From NCBI GenBank assembly GCA_963820525.1, contig CAWGAA010000001.1, positions 384,001 to 448,000 of the forward strand: a stretch of DNA of 64,000 nucleotides, read 5' to 3'. A program made the translations under genes and the position numbers. Of the stretch, positions 48,791 through 58,181 are shown piece after piece. This DNA comes from an uncultured Spirochaetota bacterium. Lineage in GTDB: Bacteria > Spirochaetota > Spirochaetia > SZUA-6 > Fen-1364. Below the pieces are notes generated by a model. It worked only from the letters and a program-made list of their open reading frames with translations. It did no database searches and had not been told where the DNA came from. The number at the start of each line of letters is the position of its first letter. Position 1 is the first letter of the stretch.

Positions 48791-49536
48791 TACGGGTGCG
48801 GGGCGTCACCTTCGCCTTCCCGAGCCACACCGTGCTGGACGGCCTGAGCGTCGACATCGAGGAAACCCGAACGACGGTGATCGTCGGCAGGAGCGGGATC
48901 GGCAAGTCGGTCCTCCTCAAGTGCATCACGGGGTTGCTTCGGCCGCAGAAAGGCAGCATCACGATCGAGGGGGACGAGGTTGTCGGGGCGGGCCGCCGGG
49001 AGCTCCTCGCCATCAGGCGCAGGATCGGGATGCTCTTCCAGGAAGGGGCTCTCTTCGATTCCATGGACGTCTACGCCAACGTGGCGTTTCCCCTCGTCTA
49101 CCATAAAAGCGCCACGTCCGCAGAGATCGACCGGAGGGTCCACGCGTTCCTCGACCTGGTGGGAATGCGCGAATCTGCGCACGCGCTCCCCCAGGAGCTT
49201 TCCGGCGGCATGAAGAGGAAGGTGGCGGTGGCCAGGGCCATGATCCTCGAGCCGAAGTATCTTCTCTACGACGAGCCGACCTCGGGGCTGGACCCGGAAA
49301 GCTCCGCGATCGTCGAATCGATGATGAAGCGCCTTCAGGAGGAAAGCTCCATCACCTCACTGGTGGTCACCCACGACATCGATCTCACGCGCTACATCGG
49401 TGACCGTGTCGCGCTCCTGGAAGACGGAAGGATCGAGACGGTGAGCTCCCGGGACGAGGCCTTCCGGGAGGGCTCGCCGATTTACGATCATTTCATAGAG
49501 AAACGGGAAAGGATCCGACTGGGAAATGCAGGTTAA
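48787..49536 (+). CDS. mlaF: MlaF-family ABC transporter ATP-binding protein
   Basis: GRSGIGKS, MLFQEGALFDSM, LSGGM, YDEPTSGLDP. Confidence 0.9.
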   Translation: MIRVRGVTFAFPSHTVLDGLSVDIEETRTTVIVGRSGIGKSVLLKCITGLLRPQKGSITIEGDEVVGAGRRELLAIRRRIGMLFQEGALFDSMDVYANVAFPLVYHKSATSAEIDRRVHAFLDLVGMRESAHALPQELSGGMKRKVAVARAMILEPKYLLYDEPTSGLDPESSAIVESMMKRLQEESSITSLVVTHDIDLTRYIGDRVALLEDGRIETVSSRDEAFREGSPIYDHFIEKRERIRLGNAG

Positions 49537-50470
49537 AGCCAGCAGAGTCGTGAGGGTTTTCGTCATCACCCTCGTCGCCATAGCGACATCGGTATTTCTC
49601 TACCTCCTCATCAACAACTTCCAGTTCCGGCGCGGCACCACGGTGCGCGTCCATTTCAACACGGTCGGAGACCTGAACCCCGGAGCCTGGGTCCGCAAGG
49701 CGGGCGTCAAGGTGGGTTCCGTAACCAAGGTGGAGCCGGCCCCCGACGAGAAGACGGTCATCGTGAGCCTGACGTTCCGGCCGGGAGAAATCGTGCGAAT
49801 GGGCGACAAGTTCTCCCTGATCTCCAAGGGCATCCTTGGAGACGTGTATATCGAGCAGATCCCGGGGCCCAAGAGCGTCCAGGAGGTCCAGCAGGGGCAC
49901 CTCTTCGAGGGAGAGCCCTTCTTCAGCCTCAACGACCTGCTTGGCGGCAGCGGAATGCAGCTGGTCTCGGACGTGGGCTCCAGCATCAAGGTGATCGGAG
50001 ATATCTTGAGGAAGAACGAGGCCTCACTGAACAGCACCATCCAGGACATCCAGAAAACGGCGGCCAATGCGCGCGTGATCTCCGAGAACGTCGCCGCTGC
50101 GACGAAGAGCCTGCCGGAGCTCTCGGCCCAGGTCGTTTCCACCCTTCAGGAGATGGACACGACGCTTCGCGAGCTTCAAGCGACGACGGACAGGCTGGCC
50201 GCGACGCTGGAAGGAAACCTCTCCTCGGGATCTGAGGACCTGGCGGCCTCTCTGAAATCCATTCGAAAGACTTCAAACGATATCCAGCTCATCGTCGAGC
50301 AGCTCTCGGCGAAGGGCTCCGTGATCGGCACATTGAGCTCGCCCGAGACCTCCCAGCGCGTCGATGAAACGCTGAAGAATCTCCAGGCCATCTCGGCCTC
50401 GCTCTTGAAGACGTCCCAGGAAACCGAAAAAATCGTGGAAGGGGTCCGTTCGGTTCTCGGCTCTCCCTGA
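49526..50470 (+). CDS. mlaD: MlaD/MCE family protein with coiled-coil extension
   Basis: TM anchor, V..AGVKVGSV, GILGDVYI. Confidence 0.85.
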   Translation: MQVKASRVVRVFVITLVAIATSVFLYLLINNFQFRRGTTVRVHFNTVGDLNPGAWVRKAGVKVGSVTKVEPAPDEKTVIVSLTFRPGEIVRMGDKFSLISKGILGDVYIEQIPGPKSVQEVQQGHLFEGEPFFSLNDLLGGSGMQLVSDVGSSIKVIGDILRKNEASLNSTIQDIQKTAANARVISENVAAATKSLPELSAQVVSTLQEMDTTLRELQATTDRLAATLEGNLSSGSEDLAASLKSIRKTSNDIQLIVEQLSAKGSVIGTLSSPETSQRVDETLKNLQAISASLLKTSQETEKIVEGVRSVLGSP

Positions 50471-50515
50471 ACAGGCAGCCTGCCCGGGGGCTCCGGCTTT
50501 CGCTCTCTCTGCGCC

Positions 50516-50544
50516 TTGACAAATCGTACGTATACGTATATTTT
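50516..50544 (+). promoter_or_regulatory. promoter with palindromic operator candidate
   Basis: TTGACA at 50516; perfect palindrome TACGTATACGTA at 50527-50538; AT-rich -10 region. Confidence 0.65.
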
Positions 50545-50595
50545 ACACATAAATTGACCCCGTTCGACCGCTTACAGATAAAGGAGCCCCCCCAC

Positions 50596-52031
50596 ATGAT
50601 CAGAAAGATAACCTTCGTCGAGCCGAAGACGGACCACCTTCACATCTATTCCCGCTACGAGCTTCCCCGCCTTGGAGGAATCCTTCTGGCGACGATCCTG
50701 AAAAACGAGGGATTCCAGACCGAAGCGGTCTTCATGAAAACACGCGATATCCTGCGCAGGAGGACGGAGGCCGACCTGGTGGCCATCTCCACGATCACTC
50801 CAACCGCGGAGAGCGCCTACGCCCTTGGAGACGAGTTTCGCGCCCGAGGCATTCCCGTCGTCTACGGAGGGCCCCATGTCACCTTTTTTCCCGAGGAAGC
50901 CCTCGAGCATGGAGACTACTGCATCGTCGGGGAAGGAGAGCGGTCCATGCCGGCCCTCGCCCTGGCCCTGAACGGAGAGGGCCCCTTGAGCGAGGTTCCC
51001 GGCCTCGTGTGGAAGGAGAACGGAGTGGTGCGGCGAAACCCTCCCCCCCTCCCGTGGAGAACCTCGACGAGCTTCCGTTCCCCGATTTCTCCCTTATGGA
51101 CATGGGCGCGAACAAGCGGATGGGAAGCGTCGGGTTTGGGCATTTCATAATCCCGATACAGACCTCGCGCGGCTGTCCCTTCGACTGCACATTCTGCTCC
51201 GTCACGAAGATGTTCGGCAAGCGCTACAGGCACCGGTCCACCGAGAACATCCTGGCGGAGCTCTCCCGCTACGACTCCAAGCAGCACTATATCTTCTTTT
51301 ACGACGACAACTTCGCCGCCAACAGCAGGAGGACCAAGGAGCTTCTGCGGGAGATGATATCCCGCAACCTCGGTTTCAAGTGGTCCACCCAGGTGCGCGC
51401 CGATGTGGCGCGCGATCCGGAGATGCTCGACCTGATGGTCAGCGCGGGATGCACGACGCTCTATATCGGCTTCGAGTCCGTGGATCCGGAATCTCTCAAG
51501 GAGATGAAGAAAAGCCAGACCGTGGAAGAGATCAGGATCGCCATCGCGGAGATCAGGAAACGCAGGATCCACATCCATGGAATGTTCGTCTTCGGCTTCG
51601 ACACGGACACCCCCGAGAAGGCCCGCGCCACGGTGAGCTTCGCCATCAAGGAAAAAATCGACACGACGCAGTTCATGATCCTCACCCCCCTTCCGGGCAC
51701 CGAGATGTACTTCAAGCTGGACAGGGAGAAGAGGATCATCGATCACGAGTGGGAAACCTTTGACGCGCACCATGTCAAGTTCCGCCCCCTCCATTTCACC
51801 CCGTGGGAGCTGCAGCTGGCGCAAATCGAGGCGCATACCCGTTTCTACTCGCCCCTACAGGTTTTCCGCAGGCTCCTCCGGGGCAGGACCGGGGGTTTCA
51901 TCGTGGGCATCTATGCCCATGCGCTCAACCGCCGCTGGCAGAAGGCCGAAAAAGCGTACCTCGCTTTCCTTCAAACGGCCGCCGTCGGGCTGCGCGCGGC
52001 GGTATCCCGAGGCAGGGCCGCCCAGAGCTGA
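50596..52031 (+). CDS. B12-binding radical SAM protein, frameshifted at 51043-51049
   Basis: GGPHVT and GEGE in the first frame; SRGCPFDCTFC, DDNF, IGFES, TPLPGT in the second; junction is a C7 run. Confidence 0.88.
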
Positions 52032-52092
52032 AGCCTCCATTTGCATTGCGGCGTCCGGGGTGTACATTACAGTTTAACCGGACGCTGAGCAG

Positions 52093-52737
52093 ATGAAACT
52101 TCCCTCTTTCATTCGCCGCCTGATCCCCTGGCTCGCTCGAAGGCCGCAGATCTATGCTCTGGTGGGAAAGAGCGGAACGGGCAAGAGCTTCAAGGCACGG
52201 GCGGTTTCCCAGCGGTATCGAATCGACCTCATCATCGATGATGGGCTTCTCATCAAAGGGCAGAAGATCGTCGCCGGCAAGTCCGCCAAGCGGGAGAAGG
52301 GGATCCTGGGCGCGATCAAGACAGCCCTCTTCGTCAACCCGGACCAGGTTGCCGAAGTGAAGAAGGCCCTGGCTGCGGAAAGCTACCACCGGATACTGCT
52401 CATCGCCACATCGGTCAAGATGATCGAGCGCATCAGGAAGAACCTGGAGCTTCCTCCCCTGCAGAGAACAATCTCGATAGAGGATGTCTCCAAGCCGCAG
52501 GAGATCGCCGCCGCGCTCGCGGTCCGGGCGAAGGAGGGCAAGCACATCATTCCGGTGCCGGCCGTGGAGATAAAGAGGAACTATCCCCATATCTTCTTCG
52601 AGTCCATCAAGATCCTCTTGAAGGGAAGGACCTTGCCGAGGGCGAGAAAGGACGCCTTCGTCGAGAAGACCGTTGTGCGGCCCGCCTACGGCAGAATGAG
52701 CCCCTCGCCGTCGAAAAAGATCGAAAAATCCATTTGA
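52093..52737 (+). CDS. P-loop NTPase-like protein (resembles the N-terminal part of Firmicutes ATP-binding/Asp23 proteins)
   Basis: YALVGKSGTGKS, IIDDGLLI, AGKSAKRE, GKHIIPVP. Confidence 0.7.
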   Translation: MKLPSFIRRLIPWLARRPQIYALVGKSGTGKSFKARAVSQRYRIDLIIDDGLLIKGQKIVAGKSAKREKGILGAIKTALFVNPDQVAEVKKALAAESYHRILLIATSVKMIERIRKNLELPPLQRTISIEDVSKPQEIAAALAVRAKEGKHIIPVPAVEIKRNYPHIFFESIKILLKGRTLPRARKDAFVEKTVVRPAYGRMSPSPSKKIEKSI

Positions 52738-52762
52738 CAGGCAAAACCCGTCGCACTATGAT
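52734..52762 (+). promoter_or_regulatory. near-consensus sigma70 promoter
   Basis: TTGACA-17 nt-TATGAT overlapping the upstream stop; AGGAGG RBS follows. Confidence 0.75.
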
Positions 52763-52779
52763 TTGCAAAAGGAGGCATT

Positions 52780-53976
52780 ATGCGGAAAATCCTCATCGCG
52801 GCCCTTTTTTTCTGCGGATGCTCCTTCGCCTTCGCACAGGAAATGAAGTTCTTCGCCTCCGAGTCCGCCCACTACAGGGTCTCCTCGGAGACGAGCCAAT
52901 CCCAGGCGGATGAGGTCTCCCGCATCATGGAGGCCAGCCTCTCCCTCTATAACGGAATCTTCCACTTCGACCTGTCACAGCTCCCGGGCAAGCTGCAGGT
53001 GAAGGTATTCAAGAGCGTCGACACCTTCAACGGATACCTCAACAACCTCCTGTCCCAGACCAGAAGCGATTTCGTCTTCGTTTCCTATGCGGATCCCAGC
53101 AAATCCGAGCTCCTCGCCTTCACGAAGGACGCCGCCAGCTTCCTCCCCTCCCTCATCCATCAGGGCTGCATCCAATTCCTGAAGGCTTTCATCGCGAATC
53201 CGCCGGTATGGCTTCGGGAGGGGGTCGCCACGTACCTCGAGGCCTCGCAGTACGACTCGAAAACGACGGCTCTCACCTTCAAAGCGAACTATCTCTGGCT
53301 CGACTCCTTGAAGGCAATCATGAGGGGCGAAGGCACCGCTCCCCTCATCCCCTTCTCGGATTTCCTGCTCCTCAACCGGGATACCGCTCAAGCGCAGCTC
53401 GACGTGTTCTATCCCGAGGCCTGGGGGCTCGTGACATTCCTCCTGCGCTCCCCGGACACGACGGACAACCGCATCATCTGGGACGCGATATCCGTCCTGG
53501 ATCCAAAGGCGTCGCTCGACGACAACTCCCAGGCCGTTCGCAGGCGCGCGTTCTCCTGGGTAAGCGACCAGACGCTCGCGAAGAGCTTCGCGAGCACCAT
53601 CGAATCCTTGAAAACCCCCCAGGAGCTTCTGCGCGGCGGGGTCGATTTCTACGCGAAGGGAGATCTCGATCAGGCCGAAAAATCGTTCCTCGCCTCCCTC
53701 GAGCAGGAGCCCGGCTCCAATGCTGCATACTACTACCTCGGGCTCATCGCATATTCGCGAAAGGACTACTCCCGCGCCGAGCAGATGTACGGCCAGGCCG
53801 CCAAGCTGGGCATCCCGACCAGCCTGGTGGACTATGCGCTGGGAGTCAATGCGTTTGCCGGCGGGAAGCTCGCCGATGCGGCCAATTATCTGAAGCTCTC
53901 CAAGGATGCCGACCCGAAGAGCTATGGAGACAAGGTGGATGTGCTTCTCAAGCGCATCGACGCCATGAAGAACTAG
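52780..53976 (+). CDS. secreted peptidase-MA-like domain plus TPR protein
   Basis: Signal peptide, PVWLREGVATYLE, FYPEAW, C-terminal TPRs. Confidence 0.75.
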   Translation: MRKILIAALFFCGCSFAFAQEMKFFASESAHYRVSSETSQSQADEVSRIMEASLSLYNGIFHFDLSQLPGKLQVKVFKSVDTFNGYLNNLLSQTRSDFVFVSYADPSKSELLAFTKDAASFLPSLIHQGCIQFLKAFIANPPVWLREGVATYLEASQYDSKTTALTFKANYLWLDSLKAIMRGEGTAPLIPFSDFLLLNRDTAQAQLDVFYPEAWGLVTFLLRSPDTTDNRIIWDAISVLDPKASLDDNSQAVRRRAFSWVSDQTLAKSFASTIESLKTPQELLRGGVDFYAKGDLDQAEKSFLASLEQEPGSNAAYYYLGLIAYSRKDYSRAEQMYGQAAKLGIPTSLVDYALGVNAFAGGKLADAANYLKLSKDADPKSYGDKVDVLLKRIDAMKN

Positions 53977-53992
53977 GCCTGCATGATTTTTG

Positions 53993-54022
53993 GAAAGCCC
54001 CCGTTCGAAGGGGCTTTTTTAT
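53993..54022 (+). terminator. intrinsic terminator (possibly bidirectional)
   Basis: AAAGCCCC...GGGGCTTTTTT between convergent genes. Confidence 0.85.
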
Positions 54023-55170
54023 TGGAGAGGCCGGGCGTGATGCTGGCCGCCTTCGGCAACCCGCCTCTTGTGCTCACCCGGCGATCTTGCCGTGAAGCGG
54101 TGAGCGGCGCGCGGGAACTGTTTGCCCGCTGCATGCCGGAACTCCCTCAACAGCTCGTGGGCGGCCACCCCGAGGTCGCGCTTCGAGGGGAAGAGCGGAA
54201 ACGACACGGATTTGATGAGCTGCTGGAGCAGGAAGGCGGGATCGGAGTCGTGAAAGATGTCCTTCCGCGCCAGCGTCAGATCGCGGAAAAGGAAGACGAA
54301 CATCCTCTCTCGCTCCAACGGCTGTCCCTCTTGCAGGAGCGAGTCGAGGCTCTGCGCCCTCTTGTACAGTGGGGAGTCCGAGAACTTCTTGTACGCGTCC
54401 TTGATGAACTCGGAGAGGGCCGGAAACAGCGAATCGAAGAGCTTCAATCGGTGCGAAATCTCCAGGATTTCGGCAGCACAACCCGATGTGAGGATTTTGT
54501 AGACTTCTTCGGTCACACGCTCGCGCGAACATTCCAAAAGCGATTCCCGCATCCTCTTGATGAGCCCCGCCATCCCCATCGGTATGGGGAAGCCGGTAAT
54601 GCTCGCATACTTGACGGCGCGGATCATGCGTACCGGGTCTTCGGCGAAGGATGTCTCAGCCGGGATGAGCGTGCGCAGGTGCTTGTGCCGGATGTCCGGG
54701 AAGCCTTCAACGTAGTCGATGATCTGTTCGTCGACGGGACAGTAGTAGAGGGCATTGAAGGTGAAATCGCGCCTCTGGGCGTCTTCCTCCATCGTGCCGA
54801 ACAGGTTGGTCGACTCGGCGGCCTTGTTGGAGCGGAAGGTCGTCACCTCGAGGAACTTGTCGCGTCCGGCGTATACGTGGACGATGCGGAACCGCTTTCC
54901 AATGATGCGGGATGAGCGGAAGATGCGTCGAATTCTTTGGGGAAATGCGTCCGTTGCGACATCGAAATCTTTCGGTTTTCTGCCGAGAAGCATATCGCGA
55001 ACAGCACCGCCGACGATATAGGCGTGGAAGCCTTCCTTGCGCAGGCGCCTGACCACCCAGACCGCATCCGCATCCACCGAGCCCGGGTCTATGCCGTGCT
55101 CCTGCCGGAGGTAGATGTGGGCCTTCTTTACGATCTCTCCTTCTTGCGAAGTGCCGTACCTAAGGAGCAA
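54019..55170 (-). CDS. pcnB: poly(A) polymerase I (start TTG 55170 or ATG 55203)
   Basis: VGGAVRD, DFDVAT, PAP-type IIGKRFRIVHV, RRDFTFNA, EDPVRMIRA. Confidence 0.9.
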   Translation of the reverse strand: MLLRYGTSQEGEIVKKAHIYLRQEHGIDPGSVDADAVWVVRRLRKEGFHAYIVGGAVRDMLLGRKPKDFDVATDAFPQRIRRIFRSSRIIGKRFRIVHVYAGRDKFLEVTTFRSNKAAESTNLFGTMEEDAQRRDFTFNALYYCPVDEQIIDYVEGFPDIRHKHLRTLIPAETSFAEDPVRMIRAVKYASITGFPIPMGMAGLIKRMRESLLECSRERVTEEVYKILTSGCAAEILEISHRLKLFDSLFPALSEFIKDAYKKFSDSPLYKRAQSLDSLLQEGQPLERERMFVFLFRDLTLARKDIFHDSDPAFLLQQLIKSVSFPLFPSKRDLGVAAHELLREFRHAAGKQFPRAAHRFTARSPGEHKRRVAEGGQHHARPLQ

Positions 55171-55265
55171 GTATTCGATCCCGACAACCGCTTTGTGTCG
55201 CATTCTATCCTAGCGACTCCTCGAAAAAAGTCAAGGCGCCGGTGCGGCAGCGGCGCTGCGCTTCC

Positions 55266-55386
55266 CCGAGTGTGCGCCTTCGGCGCACACTCGGTCCTAG
55301 GGCGCTCCCCAGGGCTCTCGCCGTTTGCTCCTGGAGGTGTCGCGCTTCGCGGCTCTCGCGGTGCAGCAACACCGCTGCCGCCCTAG
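55266..55386. repeat. left part of the REP/BIME-like element interrupted by the IS
   Basis: 13-bp stem CCGAGTGTGCGCC-TTC-GGCGCACACTCGG; CCCCAGGGCTCTCGC and GCTGCCGCCCT modules shared with 47.8k. Confidence 0.75.
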
Positions 55387-56920
55387 GAGCCTGTCGCGAA
55401 ACCCTCTTCCGGGAAGCCATTGAATTGAAGGTCCCGGCCATTGATAGAGTGGCCGCATGGGAGAGGGAACTTTTCGATCCTATCAGCCTGATCAGCCGTA
55501 CCTCCTTCCACCCCGAGTGGATGAATGGCTGCCCGACGGCCACTTGGTGTACTTCATGCGCGACGTGGTGGAAACGCTGGACCTCGAGGCGATTTATTCA
55601 AGCTATCAATTGAGCGAAGGCGGACGTCCGCCGTACGAGCCGCGGATGATGCTGGCCTTGGTTCTGTATGCCTACAGCGTCGGGGTATACAGTTCGCGAA
55701 AGATCGAGCAGGCCTGCTGGGAGTCGGTGGCCTTTCGGGTACTCAGTGCGGATCAACATCCCGACCATGCGACGATCGCCAGCTTCCGCAAGCGGCATTT
55801 GAAGGAGTTGGGGTTGTTGTTCAACCAGGTGCTGAAGCTGTGCCAACGGGCGGGGTTGGTGAAGTTGGGGCACGTGGCGCTGGACAGCACGAAGGTGAAA
55901 GCCAACGCCTCCAGGCACAAAGCGATGAGCTACGGGCGAATGCTGAAGAGTGAGCAGCGGCTGAACGATGAGATCGCGGCGCTGTTGAAGCGGGCGCAGC
56001 GTGAGGATGAAGAAGAGGACGCACGCCTGGGGCCCGGGGGCAAGGATGAGGATCTGCCCGAGGAGTTGAAGCGGCGGCAGACGAGGCTGGCCAGGATTCG
56101 GGAAGCCAAGGCAGCGTTGGAAGCCGAGGCGCAAGAGAAAGCAGAGGAAGAGGCTCGGCGCAAGGGGGGAGACCCTGGGGCCGCCGGTGGGAAGGGGCGG
56201 GCGGAGGTAAAGCCAGCCGAGAAGGCGCAACGCAATTTCACCGACCCGCAATCGCGGATCATGCTGGACAAGTCCAGCAACAGCTTTGTGCAGGCCTACA
56301 ATTGCCAGGCGGCGGTCGACGGGAAGGCCCAGGTGATTGTTGCCGCCGAGGTCACGCAGGAAACCAACGACAGCCGTCAACTGCATCCGATGCTGGAGAA
56401 GCTCAAGGCCAACACCGACGGGCAACTTCCCCGGCGTCTGACTGCCGACAGTGGCTACTACAACGGGGAGCATGTGCAATCCCATGAAAAGGAAGTGGAC
56501 CTCTACATTGCTACCGAGCAGTTCCGCCATGGGGAGCGTGTACCGGCTCCGAGGGGGCGCATTCCTTCCGGATTGAGCAAGAAGCAACTGATGGGGCGCA
56601 AGGTGCGGAGCGCACGGGGGCAACGGATCTACGGGAAGCGTAAACAGATCGTGGAGCCGGTATTCGGGCAGATCAAGGAAGCGCGGGGCTTTCGTCAGTT
56701 CTTGCTTCGTGGGCTGGAGAACGTCTGGGGTGAATGGCAAGTAGTATGTACGACGCACAACCTATTGAAGCTGTTCAGAAGCGGATGGAGATTGAGCGAA
56801 GCGTAGGAGAGAGAAGGAATCCCGGCTCGATGACAAGTTGAGTTGGGGGCGCCTCATCATGAAAACGGCCCGCTCGCCTACCACAAACGGAGACTTGCGG
56901 GCCGGTTTCGCGACAGGCTC
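55387..56920 (+). mobile_element. IS1182-family insertion sequence (1534 bp)
   Basis: Perfect 17-bp TIRs GAGCCTGTCGCGAAACC (55387-55403 and 56904-56920); 4-bp CTAG duplication (55383-55386 and 56921-56924). Confidence 0.95.
55457..56806 (+). CDS. IS1182-family DDE transposase
   Basis: GRPPYEP, SSRKIE, PDHATI, LDSTKVKANAS, TDPQSR, ADSGY, VEPVFGQIK. Confidence 0.95.
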   Translation: MGEGTFRSYQPDQPYLLPPRVDEWLPDGHLVYFMRDVVETLDLEAIYSSYQLSEGGRPPYEPRMMLALVLYAYSVGVYSSRKIEQACWESVAFRVLSADQHPDHATIASFRKRHLKELGLLFNQVLKLCQRAGLVKLGHVALDSTKVKANASRHKAMSYGRMLKSEQRLNDEIAALLKRAQREDEEEDARLGPGGKDEDLPEELKRRQTRLARIREAKAALEAEAQEKAEEEARRKGGDPGAAGGKGRAEVKPAEKAQRNFTDPQSRIMLDKSSNSFVQAYNCQAAVDGKAQVIVAAEVTQETNDSRQLHPMLEKLKANTDGQLPRRLTADSGYYNGEHVQSHEKEVDLYIATEQFRHGERVPAPRGRIPSGLSKKQLMGRKVRSARGQRIYGKRKQIVEPVFGQIKEARGFRQFLLRGLENVWGEWQVVCTTHNLLKLFRSGWRLSEA

Positions 56921-56989
56921 CTAGGGCCGACGCCGCCGAAACGGCTGCCGCCCCGGGGCCTCATGAGTGTGCGCCGAAGGCGCACACTC
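56921..56989. repeat. right part of the REP/BIME-like element
   Basis: GAGTGTGCGCC-GAA-GGCGCACACTC at 56965-56989, inverted relative to the 55266 copy. Confidence 0.75.
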
Positions 56990-57044
56990 GGCTTGACACT
57001 CCCGCGGGCGAAACGTAACACTGAATGTCGCTTGAGGAGGAGCA

Positions 57045-58181
57045 ATGCTGCCAATCGAGATCCGACGCGTGAAATCGAGAGCCGAGCGGGCCACCTTCGT
57101 GAAGATGGCCTTTCGGTTCTACAGGCAGGATCCCCTCTGGGTCCCCCCGCTGATCTCCGAGCAGATCGACTTCATCGATCCCGCCAAGGGCGTGTTCTTC
57201 GACCATGGCGAAGCGGAGCTGTTCCTCGCCTACCGCGGGGACCAGCCCGTCGGCAGAATCTCGGCCCACATCAACCGCCGCCACGACGATATCTACGGCG
57301 GGGGAAAGGGATTCATAGGATTCTTCGAGTGCGAGAACTGCCTCGACACGGCGAAAACCCTCTTCACGACGGCGGAGAATTGGCTTCGCGGCAGGGGCAG
57401 GACCGTTGCGGAAGGCCCGATGAGCTTCGGCGTCTACGACGAGCTGGGCGTCCTTGTCGACGGCTTCGACACCCCGCCGTATCTCTTGACGGTGTACAAC
57501 CCGCCCTACTACCGGGAGCTGTTCGAGAAGTGCGAGTGGGAAAAGGCCGTTGACTGGTTCGCCTTCCGCGGCAGAAAAGGCTTCACGGACGCGCGGCTCG
57601 ACCCCAAGTACTTCAGGCTCTCGGAGAAGGCCCTCAAGAGGGAGGGGATCGTCCTGCGGCCCATGGACGTCGCCGGGCATCTGGACAGGGAGGCGCAGAT
57701 CGTCAAGAGCATCTTCGCCGAGGCCTGGAGCGAAAACTGGGGCCACGTCCCCCTCTCCGACGGGGAGTTCGAAAGGCTCAAGGGATCGCTGGTGCACATG
57801 GTCGTGCCCGAGCTTTGCCTGGTTGCCGAGCTGGGCGGAAAGCCCATCGCGTTCACTCTCTCGGCGTATGACGCCAATGTGGCCGTGAAAAAGACGAACG
57901 GCCGCCTCTTCCCCTTCGGTTTCATAACGCTCCTCACGGGGATCAAGAAGACCGACCGTTTCCGGCTCATCCTCATGGGCGTGGTGGAGGAAAACAGAAA
58001 GCAGGGCATCGAGGTGGCCATGTACACGAGAATGATCGAGGAGGGCGTGCGCCTGGGATTCCGCGAGGTGGAGATGTCAATGATCGTGGAAAACAACGAG
58101 AGGATGCTCGCCTCAATCAGTCACCTGCCCGTGGAGCGATACAAGACCTGGAGGGTCTTCAGAAAGGACCTGTCGCAATGA
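57045..58181 (+). CDS. GNAT-family N-acetyltransferase (YghO-like)
   Basis: DPLWVPPL, VGRISA, GFFEC, YNPPYY, AWSENWG, RKQGIE; GAGGAGG RBS. Confidence 0.85.
   Translation: MLPIEIRRVKSRAERATFVKMAFRFYRQDPLWVPPLISEQIDFIDPAKGVFFDHGEAELFLAYRGDQPVGRISAHINRRHDDIYGGGKGFIGFFECENCLDTAKTLFTTAENWLRGRGRTVAEGPMSFGVYDELGVLVDGFDTPPYLLTVYNPPYYRELFEKCEWEKAVDWFAFRGRKGFTDARLDPKYFRLSEKALKREGIVLRPMDVAGHLDREAQIVKSIFAEAWSENWGHVPLSDGEFERLKGSLVHMVVPELCLVAELGGKPIAFTLSAYDANVAVKKTNGRLFPFGFITLLTGIKKTDRFRLILMGVVEENRKQGIEVAMYTRMIEEGVRLGFREVEMSMIVENNERMLASISHLPVERYKTWRVFRKDLSQ

Noticed and set aside
56807..56903. Non-coding 3' part of the IS as a possible guide or bridge RNA
   Set aside because: The element is a DDE IS with TIRs and a target duplication; I see no match to the target or convincing structure.
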